64,000 nt of DNA, taken from Tubulanus polymorphus. Its lineage: Eukaryota; Animalia; Nemertea. A model generated the notes under the pieces. That model searched no databases, was not told the DNA's origin, and worked only from the letters and a program-made list of their open reading frames with translations. The first letter of the stretch is position 1; each line of letters starts with the position of its first letter. This document shows, piece after piece, positions 27,540 through 40,557 of the stretch. The position numbers and the translations under genes are program-made. The stretch spans positions 22,912,150 to 22,976,149 of the forward strand of contig NC_134026.1 of assembly GCF_964204645.1 (NCBI RefSeq), read 5' to 3'.

Positions 27540-27631
27540 AGTTAATGTATAAATGGGCTTTCATATCAGAGGTTGAGAGGGAGAGTGGGCTCGACCTCTC
27601 GACCTCTGGTATGAAAGCCCATACAATTACT
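27540..27631. repeat. Right terminal inverted repeat, itself an imperfect palindrome
   Basis: tgggctttcatatcagaggttgagagg pairs with cctctcgacctctggtatgaaagccca (27 bp, two G-T type mismatches) around a 14-nt loop. Confidence 0.95.
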
Positions 27632-29000
27632 CCTGATGTTGGCTCGATTGCGGGATCCTTAAACTGCAAACAAGTAATTAACCTTGCTGGTGATCTCATT
27701 AATGTATAGGCATTGATTGTACAGATACCATGAATTAGTAGTGAGTTTTTTCCCATGCTCTGTCATCCTTTGCAAACTTTAGAGCACGGATTAACTTAGA
27801 ATATTAAAGTATGAAAGTATGAAACAAACATGGCTTGTACTGGTTGGGAATCTAATTTTTATTTCGTGGATATCTCGTTATCACTTTCTCATTATGACTG
27901 AATGCTTGAAACTGTAAATGACCGCATATATTCAGTTCTACTGTATGAAATAGGATGGCAGCACTGGAACCATCTCTGATTTTCAGATCGAAAGAGATGG
28001 TTAATTACTATCAGACAAAAAAAAATGAAAATGATTAATCATAGTCGTCCTGCGACATATGTTTATTTAAAATGAAATGCTGCATATTTCAACACTGTAT
28101 TTCAAACAGAATTGATATAAGCTACAAGCTTGAAAATGGGGAATGAAGTTATTCAAGCAAAATTAGGTAGGATTAATGTTACACAGTATAAATTGAAATT
28201 TTGCTTCGATATGTTTTAGTTTAGGTTCAGCTGCGAGATATTTCAATACATCTTGTACGGCATATTCCATTTGATTCTCTTTTCATATGGGATTGATTCG
28301 ATCAGACGAGGCAGTTGTTTATTAAGAATTGGGTATTGAGGATATAACAATAGTTAGTGTCAAGCCATCGAAGTTATATTTATTTGCGTACATATTAGCT
28401 TCAGAGAGTTGCTCTCGCAATCATACTGCTACTGTCAAAAATACGGAAATAGCCCGATTATATGTCTGGCATGTTTTAGCCATCGGCTAGAGAGAAAGAG
28501 AGAGACGGACCCGGTAATGGGTTGCTGTCAAGCAGGAGCCTTGTCTGGAATCACGTTTTGTCGGTGATCACCAGCGAACAAATTGGTCTCGGAACAAATA
28601 ACAAGCAGGCTACTATGTCTTTTTGTAATGCCCGTGTCCTAATGATTAAATAATGAATATAAGGAACGCCACCTGTGGGCCATCTGGGAAAATGCAATCG
28701 AATTAGATACTAGATGATAAGTACTGCGCCATTTCCTATCCAACCCTTTTTTTCGATTATTGCCTAAATAAATCTATGTAGTGCAAAAATATTGATGGTC
28801 ACCTTTCTATTGTTATGTTAAGTCATTACTCTGAGCCAGCGAAAATATATGATTTCCTAAATTCAACACTTTATCAAAGCGACCTGCAGGATATTTTAAA
28901 AATATTGTATGCAGGTTATGCGCTGGAGAGACCGACTTAATTGTTATACCCCACCTCAGCTGTTATTGACCCAACTGGCTACGTATTTAGTACATGATGA

Positions 29001-29014
29001 GTTGCCATGGAAAC
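29001..29014. promoter_or_regulatory. RFX X-box-like palindrome GTTGCCATGGAAAC
   Basis: Matches the X-box consensus GTYNCC-AT-RGNAAC; motif match only. Confidence 0.35.
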
Positions 29015-29891
29015 TGACTGGCATCCTTGTATATTTTGTATGACATTTTATGTAAAAATTCTTTCACGAGAATCAAATCAAATAGCCAATTTTGCGCTCA
29101 TCAATATTTTTTGATACCAATCTACTTAAACTTATCTATTACACATAATATAAAAACAATATCTTTGCGTTCTTTGTTTTCACCACGCTTACACGTTTGA
29201 TCGTATTCTTTCTAACGGAACAATTTTCTAATCATCTTCATACAAGCATAAGTAACTTCGATTCTCTTTACATCTTTCATAATGTTAGTGGTCAATTGAT
29301 TTATCTTCTTTTGCTAAATAGGGTTTAACTTCCAGAAATAATAACCTGCAGTTTTTTTCTACACTTAAGCACATAAGTACAGCAAATAATTGATATATGA
29401 CAGCACTTGAGAGATAAACCTGCTGAACCTCTTTTAACTTATTTCACAAGTCGTAATATGAATGTATGTATTGGAAATTTATCTTAACTTTCATTCTGTG
29501 CGAATGTAGCTGTTATGGCGGGTTGAAGGTCTCTCGGTAATCAGCTCAGCGAATCTCTCCTTAATCAGTTATCTTACTTGTTGTTCATTGATTTGAAGTC
29601 TGTGGGGATTTCAGCATCCGCAACTGAATTCAATTCAGAATCCTCCAACACCAGGGCAACATTCACTTACTTTCACCAACTGTAAATCTGCGGGGGATGT
29701 GTTGATTTCAACATTCTCCGCACTTCACTGCGAAGAGCTGTTCTTTGAAAAAAAATTTTTCCTGAGTTGTATAGCTAGTCTTTGAAAAAAGTATATGTAA
29801 TCTTTTGCCATCTCGGTCTATTTATCCGTTCAATGCATATTTGAATTAGCAACGCCAAATTACGAAGCGAAATGCCAAAGTTGAGTTTATT

Positions 29892-29934
29892 ATGAAACGT
29901 AATGTTTTATGGTTGAAACAATTGAACGATGCAG
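29892..29934 (+). CDS. Weak candidate alternative first coding exon (MKRNVLWLKQLNDA-G)
   Basis: 14 codons plus 1 nt, consensus donor CAG|gtgagt, phase 1. Short enough to be chance. Confidence 0.3.
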
Positions 29935-31130
29935 GTGAGTCATTTATTAACTTTCTCAATTACGGACCTGTCATGAGAAAGAGCAGATAACTGATCGATG
30001 TGTGGTTTGTCACGAAAACGAATGCAATAAAACATCAGAATTGCTATTTTTGTTTGGTCAGCTGTAAAACCGTTTTAATGAATTTATTCCCCTCCATATT
30101 CATGTTTTAGACATGAATATGCTCAGGGGGCTTCAGATGTAGCGGGTTTTTGGCCGAGCAATACCCAATTGATTCAAAGTTTTCAGCTTCTAAAGCATTA
30201 AAATGTCGAGATATAGAATACTTCATAGTTGATATCAAAACGCCCTAGGTAAACTATTGATAGCTATTGTGTAATTGTTGATGAATTCGATAGGGAATTT
30301 CGATCTAAATACTGCTGTAAATTATTCATTGTTGCTGCTGCCTATATTTCCGCGATATACACTCATCATCGTATTTGGTTGATTCGGATTTGGCTGCACA
30401 TGTATAGCTATGCCCATATCTGGCAGAATGTTAATAGAATAATCACAATATTTACATGGGTTATCATCGAATCGGTTACATTCATAGATACCTTATTCTT
30501 AGGCCAGAAATCTAGGCGCTAAATCATCTTCGTGAACGTACTTGTTATCGTTATCATCAACATCGATGATGAACTTGGCGGCGCTATCATGTATTTTGGT
30601 CTCAGCCGAAGTAATAAGTAGGCAGTGAAGCGTGTTCATGCTCCACAGTGGAACTATCTGCGATCACTACTCTCGATGCTCTCTGACAATATCTGGTGGT
30701 GCTGGTGTGTCAATACTCTCTCTCTCTCTCTACACATACTCAGCTAAACGACGACAGCTTCCAGTCTCAGTAAGGTTTAGTTCAGTGCACAGCGGAGATT
30801 TTCATCAGGACAGAATTCTTGTCGTGTACCACTTTGGGGTTGGTTTTCAATTCCCCCGCGTGAAAACATTTGAGCTGATGTGATTTGGTAGTGATGTTTT
30901 GTCTTGAATGTTATTAAGTGAAATACCATTTGGATAAAAATCATATGAATTTGGATGAGAGGATTTTGCAAATCTTCAGATGCTGTTATAAGCAGTGTAC
31001 GCAAAAAGCATCATCTGCCGGGTTATGAAGGATTTCAGTTACAAATATCTGAGTGTTGCTGTCTAAAAATACTTGCCACCTGAGAAAACTGACGTCAGCT
31101 AGTTTCTTTCAAAGGAGAGACGGCTCTCAC

Positions 31131-31166
31131 GTATATGTATATATATATATATATAAATATATATAT

Positions 31167-31217
<51 letters not shown>

Positions 31218-31263
31218 GTGTGTGTGTATATATATATTATATATATGTTCATATATATTTATA
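31131..31263. repeat. Compound interrupted (TA)n/(TG)n microsatellite
   Basis: Direct reading. Confidence 0.97.
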
Positions 31264-31379
31264 TAATCAAGTGGTAGCATCATTTTGATCAGTTTCCAGG
31301 ACAGGCAGCAGAAATTTGTTAATCGTGTGTGTACCGATAGTGTGACCCTAAGAGGCCACTGATGGTACGGTAGAAGTCC

Positions 31380-31500
31380 ATGCATTTGCACCCTTGCGCA
31401 TTCCGCCAGAGTCTGGTTCACACATACTTCATGTTCCGAATGAAGCTACACAAGCTTCTGCCACAGTTTCGAAAGGGCTTAGGCTTTGGAAAACCTGAAA
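31380..31500 (+). CDS. Candidate alternative first coding exon of the KChIP gene (MHLHPCAFRQSLVHTYFMFRMKLHKLLPQFRKGLGFGKPE-S)
   Basis: ATG, 40 open codons plus 1 nt, then donor GAAA|gtaagt. Phase 1 matches the acceptor at 62010. Locally GC-richer than flanks. No homology evidence. Confidence 0.55.
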
Positions 31501-34500
31501 GTAAGTAGTGTCATTCTGATATTATTTTGTTTTTCAGACTCACTTCACTTTGTATATTGCTGTTTTCATTTTGTGACTGTTGGCACTTTGATCCCCAGTT
31601 GGGCTGTAGTGATTAAAAGCTAGTGGTAGCACATCGACATTTCTGCTGCATTGTATTGACAACATTTGTTGAACTCTATCACACTAAACATCTTATTAAA
31701 TGCTTAATGAAAACTAATGCCATCGACGTTTTGCAGGAATTCTTTATTCATTTGCAATTCCCCTGCATGGTAGAGATGGTATAGTAATTTGCGAGCATTT
31801 TATTTCATAGGCTGCTTTTCAACGAGCGTTTCCGACGAATTGTTTATTATCCATAAATAACGCAGGGCATATTTTTCGTTACAAATGGAATTGGAATATC
31901 TTGGGAAATGTGTTAAGTACGGGGCCATTTATGAAGTTTTTGTGTCTGTGTATATTCGCAAATTACCAATTCCCCAATGACCTATATTTTTTTATATGCG
32001 ATGGAAATGGGACAGAATATCGCCAAATAGATGGAGTTTATGGATGTGTTATTGTATCAATGCATGTTTGACATTTACATGATATTTGATACCTATTGAC
32101 TGATTTTTAAAGTTTTCGCCGGTATGTTTTGTACTGCGTGCTGTTGGACTTCATTAATTCAGAAACGTTTGTTTCCTCAATATGAAATTTAACTGCCACT
32201 TCATCTTTTCCGCTTGATGTATGAAAAACATCGGTATTTAAACACTTTCATCAGCAGCATTTATTAAGGCTCACTGGAATGATTTTCCCACTTCTTATTC
32301 TACATTTCTTTCATTTTCTGCTTGCTTGAGAACTTTCCTAATTTGCTTCCGACCGAATCAGTTTCCAATTTGCTTCGCAGAACCGACTTGGCATCAGGTG
32401 TTCAAAAACCACTGCGCTGTACTTCGACAATTTCCTTTTCATTTGCAACGGCTCCCCTTAGTGATTCGTTCTGCATCATCTTAAGTCGATGATCAATTTC
32501 ACCAAAAATGAATGACTATCCGTATTTCAAAACATAATGGCACGTGATCGTCATCGTCTTGTATTCCTCATTTACTGATATGATATTTTAGCCAGTATAT
32601 TCATTACTTAAGCAACTTAAACTAGTTGACATTCTTTGACTGCCTACTCATTTCAGCTGATACTTAGTATTGTAAGTTGCTATTAATCTAGTGGTCTTTA
32701 AATACCACCACCCTGGCTGTATTATAGTATCTGGGACAGTACGGAATTAATTGGTAACCCAATGTCTGGATGAGCCTCATTAACAGTATATTGACATATT
32801 GCCATGCAATGCTCATCATTAGCAAACAAATCATTATTTTTCCATGGCAATTGTAGTATTCACCAATATAGCAACCATTATACATTGTGGATTTTATGTA
32901 CCTTTCATCTTTAGCACCATGCTGAGACTATGATATGCGTTATTTTCTGTTTAATCCGGTAACCTAGTGTTATTTGCTACTAATCCTTAGAAATCGTTAC
33001 TGCTTAAACGCCTTTTAAGTGCTTTAACTTACTATACATAGCTAACTATACTGAAGTTTTACCATATTCGTGATGATTAACTTAAGCACCTGTAAAGAGC
33101 TATTAATTCTAAGTCAGCAACGTCATGGATCCAGCAGATGAATGCAAATGGGCTGTTGTTTTTTTCCCTATTTGTTTATGTTGGCCATCACGAAAAACTT
33201 ACTCAATCTGCGAGATAAATGAAGTTTGTTATGTAAACATCCGTTTCGTAACTGGAAACGCTACAGTCTAAGTAATCTCAACAAACTTTCTTGTTCGTGT
33301 GGTTAGGTGAGAAAGTCGAGTAATGAACAGTAAAATATTTACCGAAAAACTTCCAACCCAAATACAAATCTATTGAGGATGAGATAGTATCAGATATCGA
33401 CTTCTAAACGATTTCAACTTCATTTCTACGTATTGGTGATTAAGCTTCTTTCTTAGTGGCTTATTTCAAGACTATTTTGTTAACCCCAAAAAGATAAAGA
33501 AAATGAACCATACAACTAATTGAATCTTCGCTTCATTCGCCGGTCCGGGCTTGACAGTTTGACCATTTGGTTGCATTCATTATTATAATAAAATTATCTG
33601 AAGATACAATTATATAATTATATATTCAGATACTGATTTACAACACATATTGATAGTCATGTGTTAATGTACCAGTATAAAGTGTTGAAGCTTGTATCAT
33701 ATTTGCCGATGATATAATGATTCATTCAGCCAGTGCCAATACTGTCATCTGTTTAGTATTCATTATGATCTAGATCAATCAACTATTTGGATACATGAAT
33801 TTTATTCTTCGCTATATATATATTATTATTATTGAAAATTTGCTTTTGTGCCTTAGATTGTCATGGATTTCGGCTGGTTTTGATGTTATAGTCTTCGATG
33901 TCCTAATTGAATTTACCTGGTAACTAGATTGGGAATTATACATAATGCACTGAACGCGAGAATTTACATACCCATAATATGTAATAGCTAGCAGTGAGGT
34001 AGTAGTGGCCAGTGGCTGCTGTAGCCTCCTGAACTAACATTCAAGACGAACGTATTTTCCTTGTTCCTGCTTCATGGAATATTGTCTGCCTTCATGGGAA
34101 TACAAATTCATTAATGCCCGAGCTTCAGATTACTGGTGCTTAGTGGAACAGTGACTGATAACACAAGTTACAACTAATTAAACTTTTCCAGTCAGCATTA
34201 ATAAAATGTCACGGCGATGTCACATGAGATGAAAACTTCTTAGCCTATATCTATGCGTTGATAGAATCATCACATCAGAGAGCACAATCTAATTAAATCA
34301 TATGTATACTGAACTGCATTGCGATGACGATAAGTTTTGACACTTATACATATGTATGTGACTAATATTTTGGTGAATCATTTGGGATACTTCGACATTG
34401 TTTCACTCATCACATTGAACATTTTTTTTTTTCATCGTCGTGGCTCCGTGTATTTCATGTATAATGACCCTACTTGACAGCAGTTTCAGGCTATACTTCA

Positions 34501-37500
34501 GTTACCACGAATGTAATTTTGATCCACACACAGGCGACAATCGGCATCAACATCAGTCGTAAGGCAATTTCACTCGGCAATAAATACTGATCCACAACAT
34601 CTGATGCTAAATACCATGGCAAATTCCGGTTGTCACTTCATATCAAGGAAAAGGGACTTTCCTTTTTCACTCATCCGTCTATTATACGAGGAAGCTGGTC
34701 ATTATTGTATTGCTACTGATTCAGGAACTAGTTACTTACAGCCATGTGCAGGACTTATCCACATTCGTAAGTGATATATGATATTTCAATCAATATCAAT
34801 ATAATAGCAAAAATGGCCGGCTGGTGATGGTAATGGCACTTCCTCGTTCATGTTTTTTTATCAATCGAAACCTTACAAATCCTTCTCTCCGCGGCTCTAT
34901 TCAACAAGCAAAAATACATCTCTGAGTTTGAATATGACAAAAGCATGTATCGTGTTCTCGTTGATTTAGGGAATTGATTTTTAATTTTTCTCCCAATCGG
35001 AAGCTTTCTGATTTTGTATCCTGTGAGATGTATGATGATCTGGCAAACAGGATACTGGTGCACTGAAGTAATTGATGTACTTACAACACATAGTGTTTTC
35101 ATTCTTCCTATCAGTCATTTCTGACATTGATTTCTGACAAGTTCTTCCTTCTCTTAGGGATTCTTGATGTTGGTACACTGACACAAAATGCTACATTGAT
35201 CTCATCATGATAGCAGTTATTTCTTTGCAGTTGTATTAATTTCAATGATATTGAAGTTCTTACTGATTTCATTTACCATACCACCACTGTCCTGAATCCT
35301 TGCTGCACTCAAAAACTCTTATACTTGTCTGCAGCATTCTCTTCTGCAGTAATAGCAGTATATTCTGGAATCTTAGGAATTAATGGATTCTCGTTCATTT
35401 GAATGTTTTTTAGAATAACAAGGGTTTAAAGATTATGTTTCTTTGCCAAGTTCTGCTATTTTCCAGCACCTGTTTGGATAGAATTTAGCCTTGTTATTCT
35501 GTATCACTGATTTCGTATCACTGATTTGTATATGTATATCTGAAAAAGGATACCTCTAAATTGACGAAAATGTATTGTATGATAGTACAATCCCCCTCCT
35601 GTCCTTACTGCCACATTCCCCTCAAGTCTAAACATTCACCGTTAATAAAGACCTTGCTTTTCTGGTTAGAAAATTGCAATATTATTAATGAGAGTTTATC
35701 ATGAATGGGCCATAATCTTGTACTGAGCAAATTTTAAGTCCTTTGCTACTGGTACTTGATTTATTGATGAAACCATTAATCATTCATTTTCATTATTAAT
35801 TCTTTACAATATGCTGCATATGTACAAAGAACTTATTCACTGTATTATGAAAAGTTGTCAGTAAGGAATTGGTTCTTTTTTAATCTCATATTCACAGATG
35901 CCTCGCTTGGAGAGCGAAATTGCCCTTGCACTTGTTTTTTTGGAGACTTTGTTTTAGAGTCCACGACGCAACTGACGAAGAGGCTGCGTGATTGATATTG
36001 TGGGATTGATTCGAACAGGTTTCTGGGCAATGATATCTCGAATCAACGCACTATTTGCTAGATGTTAATGATGGAACCGATGAAAATGCGGAATTTCCAT
36101 CGGTGATGGGTAAATGGGAGTTGAATGAGTCAATGCCAGCGTTCTTTCCTTCACCGCTTGTGCTCGAGCATGCTCAAGGTGTGGACATAGCTAATCTACC
36201 TCATTTTCCTCATTTCTCTCTATCATGTCATTGGCATTCTTCTGTGTGTTCACTACTGTCATCACTCGTACATTTACATATTTGCACCTAGTGACTGCCA
36301 TCTGTCGATCATATATAAATTCACAGTGCTACTGTCCATTCTGGACTGATCAACTTATCTCTTTTACGGGCCGCTACAGTGATTTTGCTTATATCATCCT
36401 TAGTTATCCCCGATTCAGTTCATGAGTTTGCCGGGTCTACAGCAGCTATTTGTATCATCGTTCTCGATAATCAATTCAGACTATGCTGTCTATCCTATGC
36501 ATTCAGCATACGTGGTGATCATTTCTTGAACATCTGAATTTTACTTTTTGCAAAGTAGACCTCATCTAATTCCCATAATGGAATGTTTTGTTAAACGGGT
36601 GAATAGATTGTCATTGCGCTTCTAAACTATTCTTGAAAACGAATTCCATTTCATTAGATACACCCTTCGGTGGCGATGTCTCTCTATTGTAGATTAGTTT
36701 CACATTCCTCGCTATGCTTTACTAAGTATCGGACTGCTTTGTGATCGATTCCTTGGAACAGAACACTAAAATACATTTTATCAATACTCGTCTTCTGTTC
36801 GCGCAAAGTAGATCCATAATGCCGAGGCTATTTTTGTTCGTGAGACTTATTTCTGCGCTCGACAAAAATGCCATGAAGCAATATCTTGTTTTTGTCATCT
36901 GCTGTCCTAGAGGGAATACAATCAATGCTTGTATCTCAATGCGTTTGTAATTGGACCTTCTCTCGATTCCATTCGATGATGTTTTAGTTTTTTTTCCACG
37001 ACGGTAGGAGCAGTGACTTGTTACATGCCTGGCATAAAAAAAATGATTGACAAAGCATGAAACCGAAACTTCTCTATCATTTCATCATCTGAACGAACAG
37101 AATCTTTGCTTTGTAAAATGCTTATACCTATTTCCAGACGGCGAGTGAACACGTGTTCGATCTGATATTTCATTGATACCACGGCTAACCCATTCTACTT
37201 GAAATAGTGACCTCTTTTCCATGGCATATTGTCAATAATCGTATGTGATGTAATATCAAATTAGATTGATAATTCTTTACATTGAAATGACCTCTGGGAG
37301 AAATGGCCGAAAGCGTTGTTAGTTTGTTGCGACAAGTCATACATTTTGCATGTCAAAGATACAGTTAGCGATATGTATCTTGATTGATGATACAGCGAGT
37401 GACTTTTATTGATGAAGAGCTACATCGCTGATTGCATGAAAGGAATGAAATAATAATTGCCCTTTACGCATCTCTCTTGGGTTTTCAAAGCATGATTTTA

Positions 37501-39693
37501 CGATATAAAAATGTGTCCTAAGCTATCAAGTGAATCTCGTCTACATGTATTGTCAATTTGGGCTTCGCAGCATTATTAGTTTTACCAGTTACATTTTTGT
37601 CAGTTTATCTTATTTTCGACAATTGAATGCTATTAACCTTTTGAAAGTTTTGTGATAAAATGTCCTCTATAGTCTCTCTCGTCTGACTGGGACAATCCAT
37701 TCAGCAAATCTGAATTGGAAGTGCCTGAGATTTCACTGAAACATTGACATGGATGAAGGCAGCTGGGAAAACATCAGTTGCTATACTGTTCCATATTCTT
37801 ACAGTAATAGGGGCTTATCCTTGTTTCATAGAATACCCTTATCCTCTTATGATGAATTGTTTTCATGTAAATATGGTATATCATGATTGATATTTCTTGA
37901 CAATTATCTGTAGACTGATACTTGGAGCCCGACATTCTTAATGTTTCATCTCCAAGCCTATTGCTGCTCTCTTTTCCATTGACTTATCTATAAAAAGAGA
38001 GATTGAATTTGAACAGCTTAAATATCAAGTTGTTATCATCGACTAAGACCGATTTTGCCATCCAACATTGTAGATATTTGTCTAACAATGTCCTGAAAAA
38101 TCTATAGATTATCCATTGAAATTTCTGTTTTGGAATTAGGTACCGTACATTGGCAATTCTTTTGCAAAGGCAGACATACACTGAACAACTGCATCAATGA
38201 CAGGTTCATATTACTGAGTTTCTTGGTATCATGTGAATCCCGAAACAATATCAATATCTATTTATAAACGCCTGAGACTTCTTATATTAATTATTGATAG
38301 ACATCTGTCGTCACATGGCAGCCATTTAACAGCATCTGTTTCGACATCTAATCATTCTAATTTTGATTATTGTTGTGGAACAATTGATTGTAATAAAATG
38401 AACAGTTTTTACAGTAACGCTATGAGTGAGTAAATTGAATGGATTACCAAATATGTTGACAAATCATCCCTTTAAATGTCTCTGAGTAAGTTAATGTAAG
38501 AAAGGCTACGTCATTCTTTTAAGACATAGTGACTACAAGTAAAGCGTTAAACATCATAAGATAGTTAATGGAGCCAATAGAAAGAACTAATATTGGTCTT
38601 TTCTATTTGTATCTGCGGATAATAGACAAATGCATTTTCTGAAAATAACCTAATCCTGGTTCATCAGGGATATGTATCGTATTACCTGAAGAAAAGGCTG
38701 TGCTGATCATAAGCTTTTTTGCGATCGAAAAATTTAGCATCAGTCATTTCATTTGTGTAATTGTATAACGAAGGGACTGATCATCGCCGTATGCGGTCTA
38801 TTGAAATCCAAGATGACTGTGAAGAAATTATCAAGCCTTTCATCTTGTGGTAGGCGATAGCTGGTTCGGTTGAACTGTCTTTCTCGTCGTCGATTGTGTT
38901 GCTAGCCAGTCATATCGCGGATATTATCAAACTTCATTCTGTCAGCGCATTTAATCAATTTTTCCCGTCAATAAACACCATTTCTGAATCATTGACTTCA
39001 TGTATTTTGGCTGCATTAAACATCCACGATAAATGGCATTTAAGCCAGATATTGTATTTTGAGAAGTTGATACAGTAATTGGCTATGGATGTTCTGAACA
39101 ATTTTATCAATAAATAAAGACGATTTAGGACACGAAAATGTTTTAAAAAGGCAAACACATCTTACGATATCATATAGAGAATCAAAGACAAGATTTTTAA
39201 GGAAAACGAAAAAATCAGAGGAGTTTCTTATCCTGGAATCATAAGATATTCATGTTTTGAAATTGATTTCACATTTCAACCGTGTCACATGATGCAAATG
39301 ATACGGTCTCGATCTTTCTTGATTATCGGTGTGTCTTCTCGGGTTGCGGAAGAAAATTGAAAGAAGCAGCTCGGAATACTCGACGTGCACACACACACAC
39401 CACCAGTTGTATCCCGGATCCGCGTTGATCGATATAATGCTGCGCGCTGAGAAATTTGTCGGTGAAAATAAGCTCTGATTTATGGTATTGATCGATCATA
39501 GCGTAAAGAGCAAGATTTTGTAAAATTATCCCTTCTGAAGGATTACTAACTGCATTTGTGATGGGTATAGGGATGTTTTATTTTCGTTGATGGGATTAAG
39601 CGCGGTGCCTCGAGCAGTTTATATGTCCAACTAAAAGAGGTTGATCATCGCAACTGGCCCCTGGAATGTACATTTGAACCCTTATCCACCATG

Positions 39694-39998
39694 AGCCGCG
39701 ATAACACGGAGATGGTTTGGCCTGGGCCAGACCCAAGTAAAATCTGGCCTATGACTAGTTACATTCTCATGTAAATCACTCTTTCATTACTAAAATGCTA
39801 TCAAAATGATGCTGTGGCAAGCGAGGTTATTCACTTCCAGAACCAATGAGCATTCTGATGGAATAATTCGAACAGTTTGGCTCGGGCCTTGCCCAACATT
39901 TTTGGTTGGCCCATGTTAACCAGGCAACTTAGCACCAGTGTGAACTGTTGGCGGGTCTGAACTAGCATTGGCCAAATTAAGCCGAGGGAGTGATGTCC
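39694..39998. mobile_element. MITE family A copy with degenerate right end
   Basis: Starts agccgcgataacac; internal catgtaaatcac...aatgctatcaaaatgatgctgtg...cacttc.agaa.caat.agcatt is colinear with the 1609 copy. Confidence 0.75.
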
Positions 39999-40509
39999 CA
40001 AAACTATCAAGTCTGTTCTAGTCATATCCCTGTTGTCTGGATTTGTGCCCTCAACTATACTACTTGTTTCACCTTGGTCTAAATTTGAAATTCCGGTGTT
40101 TTCTTCTTCAAAATACATTTCAAATGGTTTGAAATTTCATTGAATCTGACTCTAGACCTGTTTTGTAACGGTCTGAAATTTGTTTGAAACTGAGAACTTT
40201 TTCATTTCCAATTATTGCATGGACACAGTGAAATGGAACTTCGCACATTCCTGCTGCCATGGATCAAAGCTTTCAAGCATATGTTATTCATTAAATTCAC
40301 CGTTTTTGATTTTAATTAAATTTCAACAACAGCTGTTCGAAAGTTCATAACCATATTATACACCTATGCTTATACTCTCGCATAGTATCATTTCATACAT
40401 GTCATTGATCTAACTACCATGAGTACGGGTAGTAGTTTCACAGGTACTTATTCGTTTCAAATGACTGCAATGAATAGCAATTTCTTTTAGGAAATGGCTA
40501 CTGAAATGA

Positions 40510-40557
40510 TTGTTTTTAATGATAATAATGCACGTTTCTCTCTATTTTCAGGTAAGT
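40510..40557 (+). other. Candidate recursive splice site, junction 40551/40552
   Basis: ...gcacgtttctctctattttcag|gtaagt; ~59 nt with no AG. The donor could alternatively close a small ATG exon at 40494-40551. Confidence 0.6.

Larger units (their letters stand above)
26260..27631 (-). mobile_element. 1372-bp non-autonomous Polinton/Maverick-like (virus-like) insertion with hairpin terminal inverted repeats
   Basis: Termini AGTAATTGTA...TACAATTACT; flanking 6-mers CCTCAT (26254-26259) and CCTGAT (27632-27637); ~90-bp TIRs; interior far more AT-rich than host; two intronless overlapping ORFs. The superfamily assignment is inferred from the AG..CT ends and 6-bp TSD only. Confidence 0.7.

Noticed and set aside
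27535-27756. 73-aa ORF crossing the right end of the inserted element
   Set aside because: Spans the host/element junction and reads through the TIR; incidental.
39437-39461. MLRAEKFV-G phase-1 mini exon in a CpG-rich patch
   Set aside because: Donor (TCG|gtgaaa) is weak and the frame is very short.
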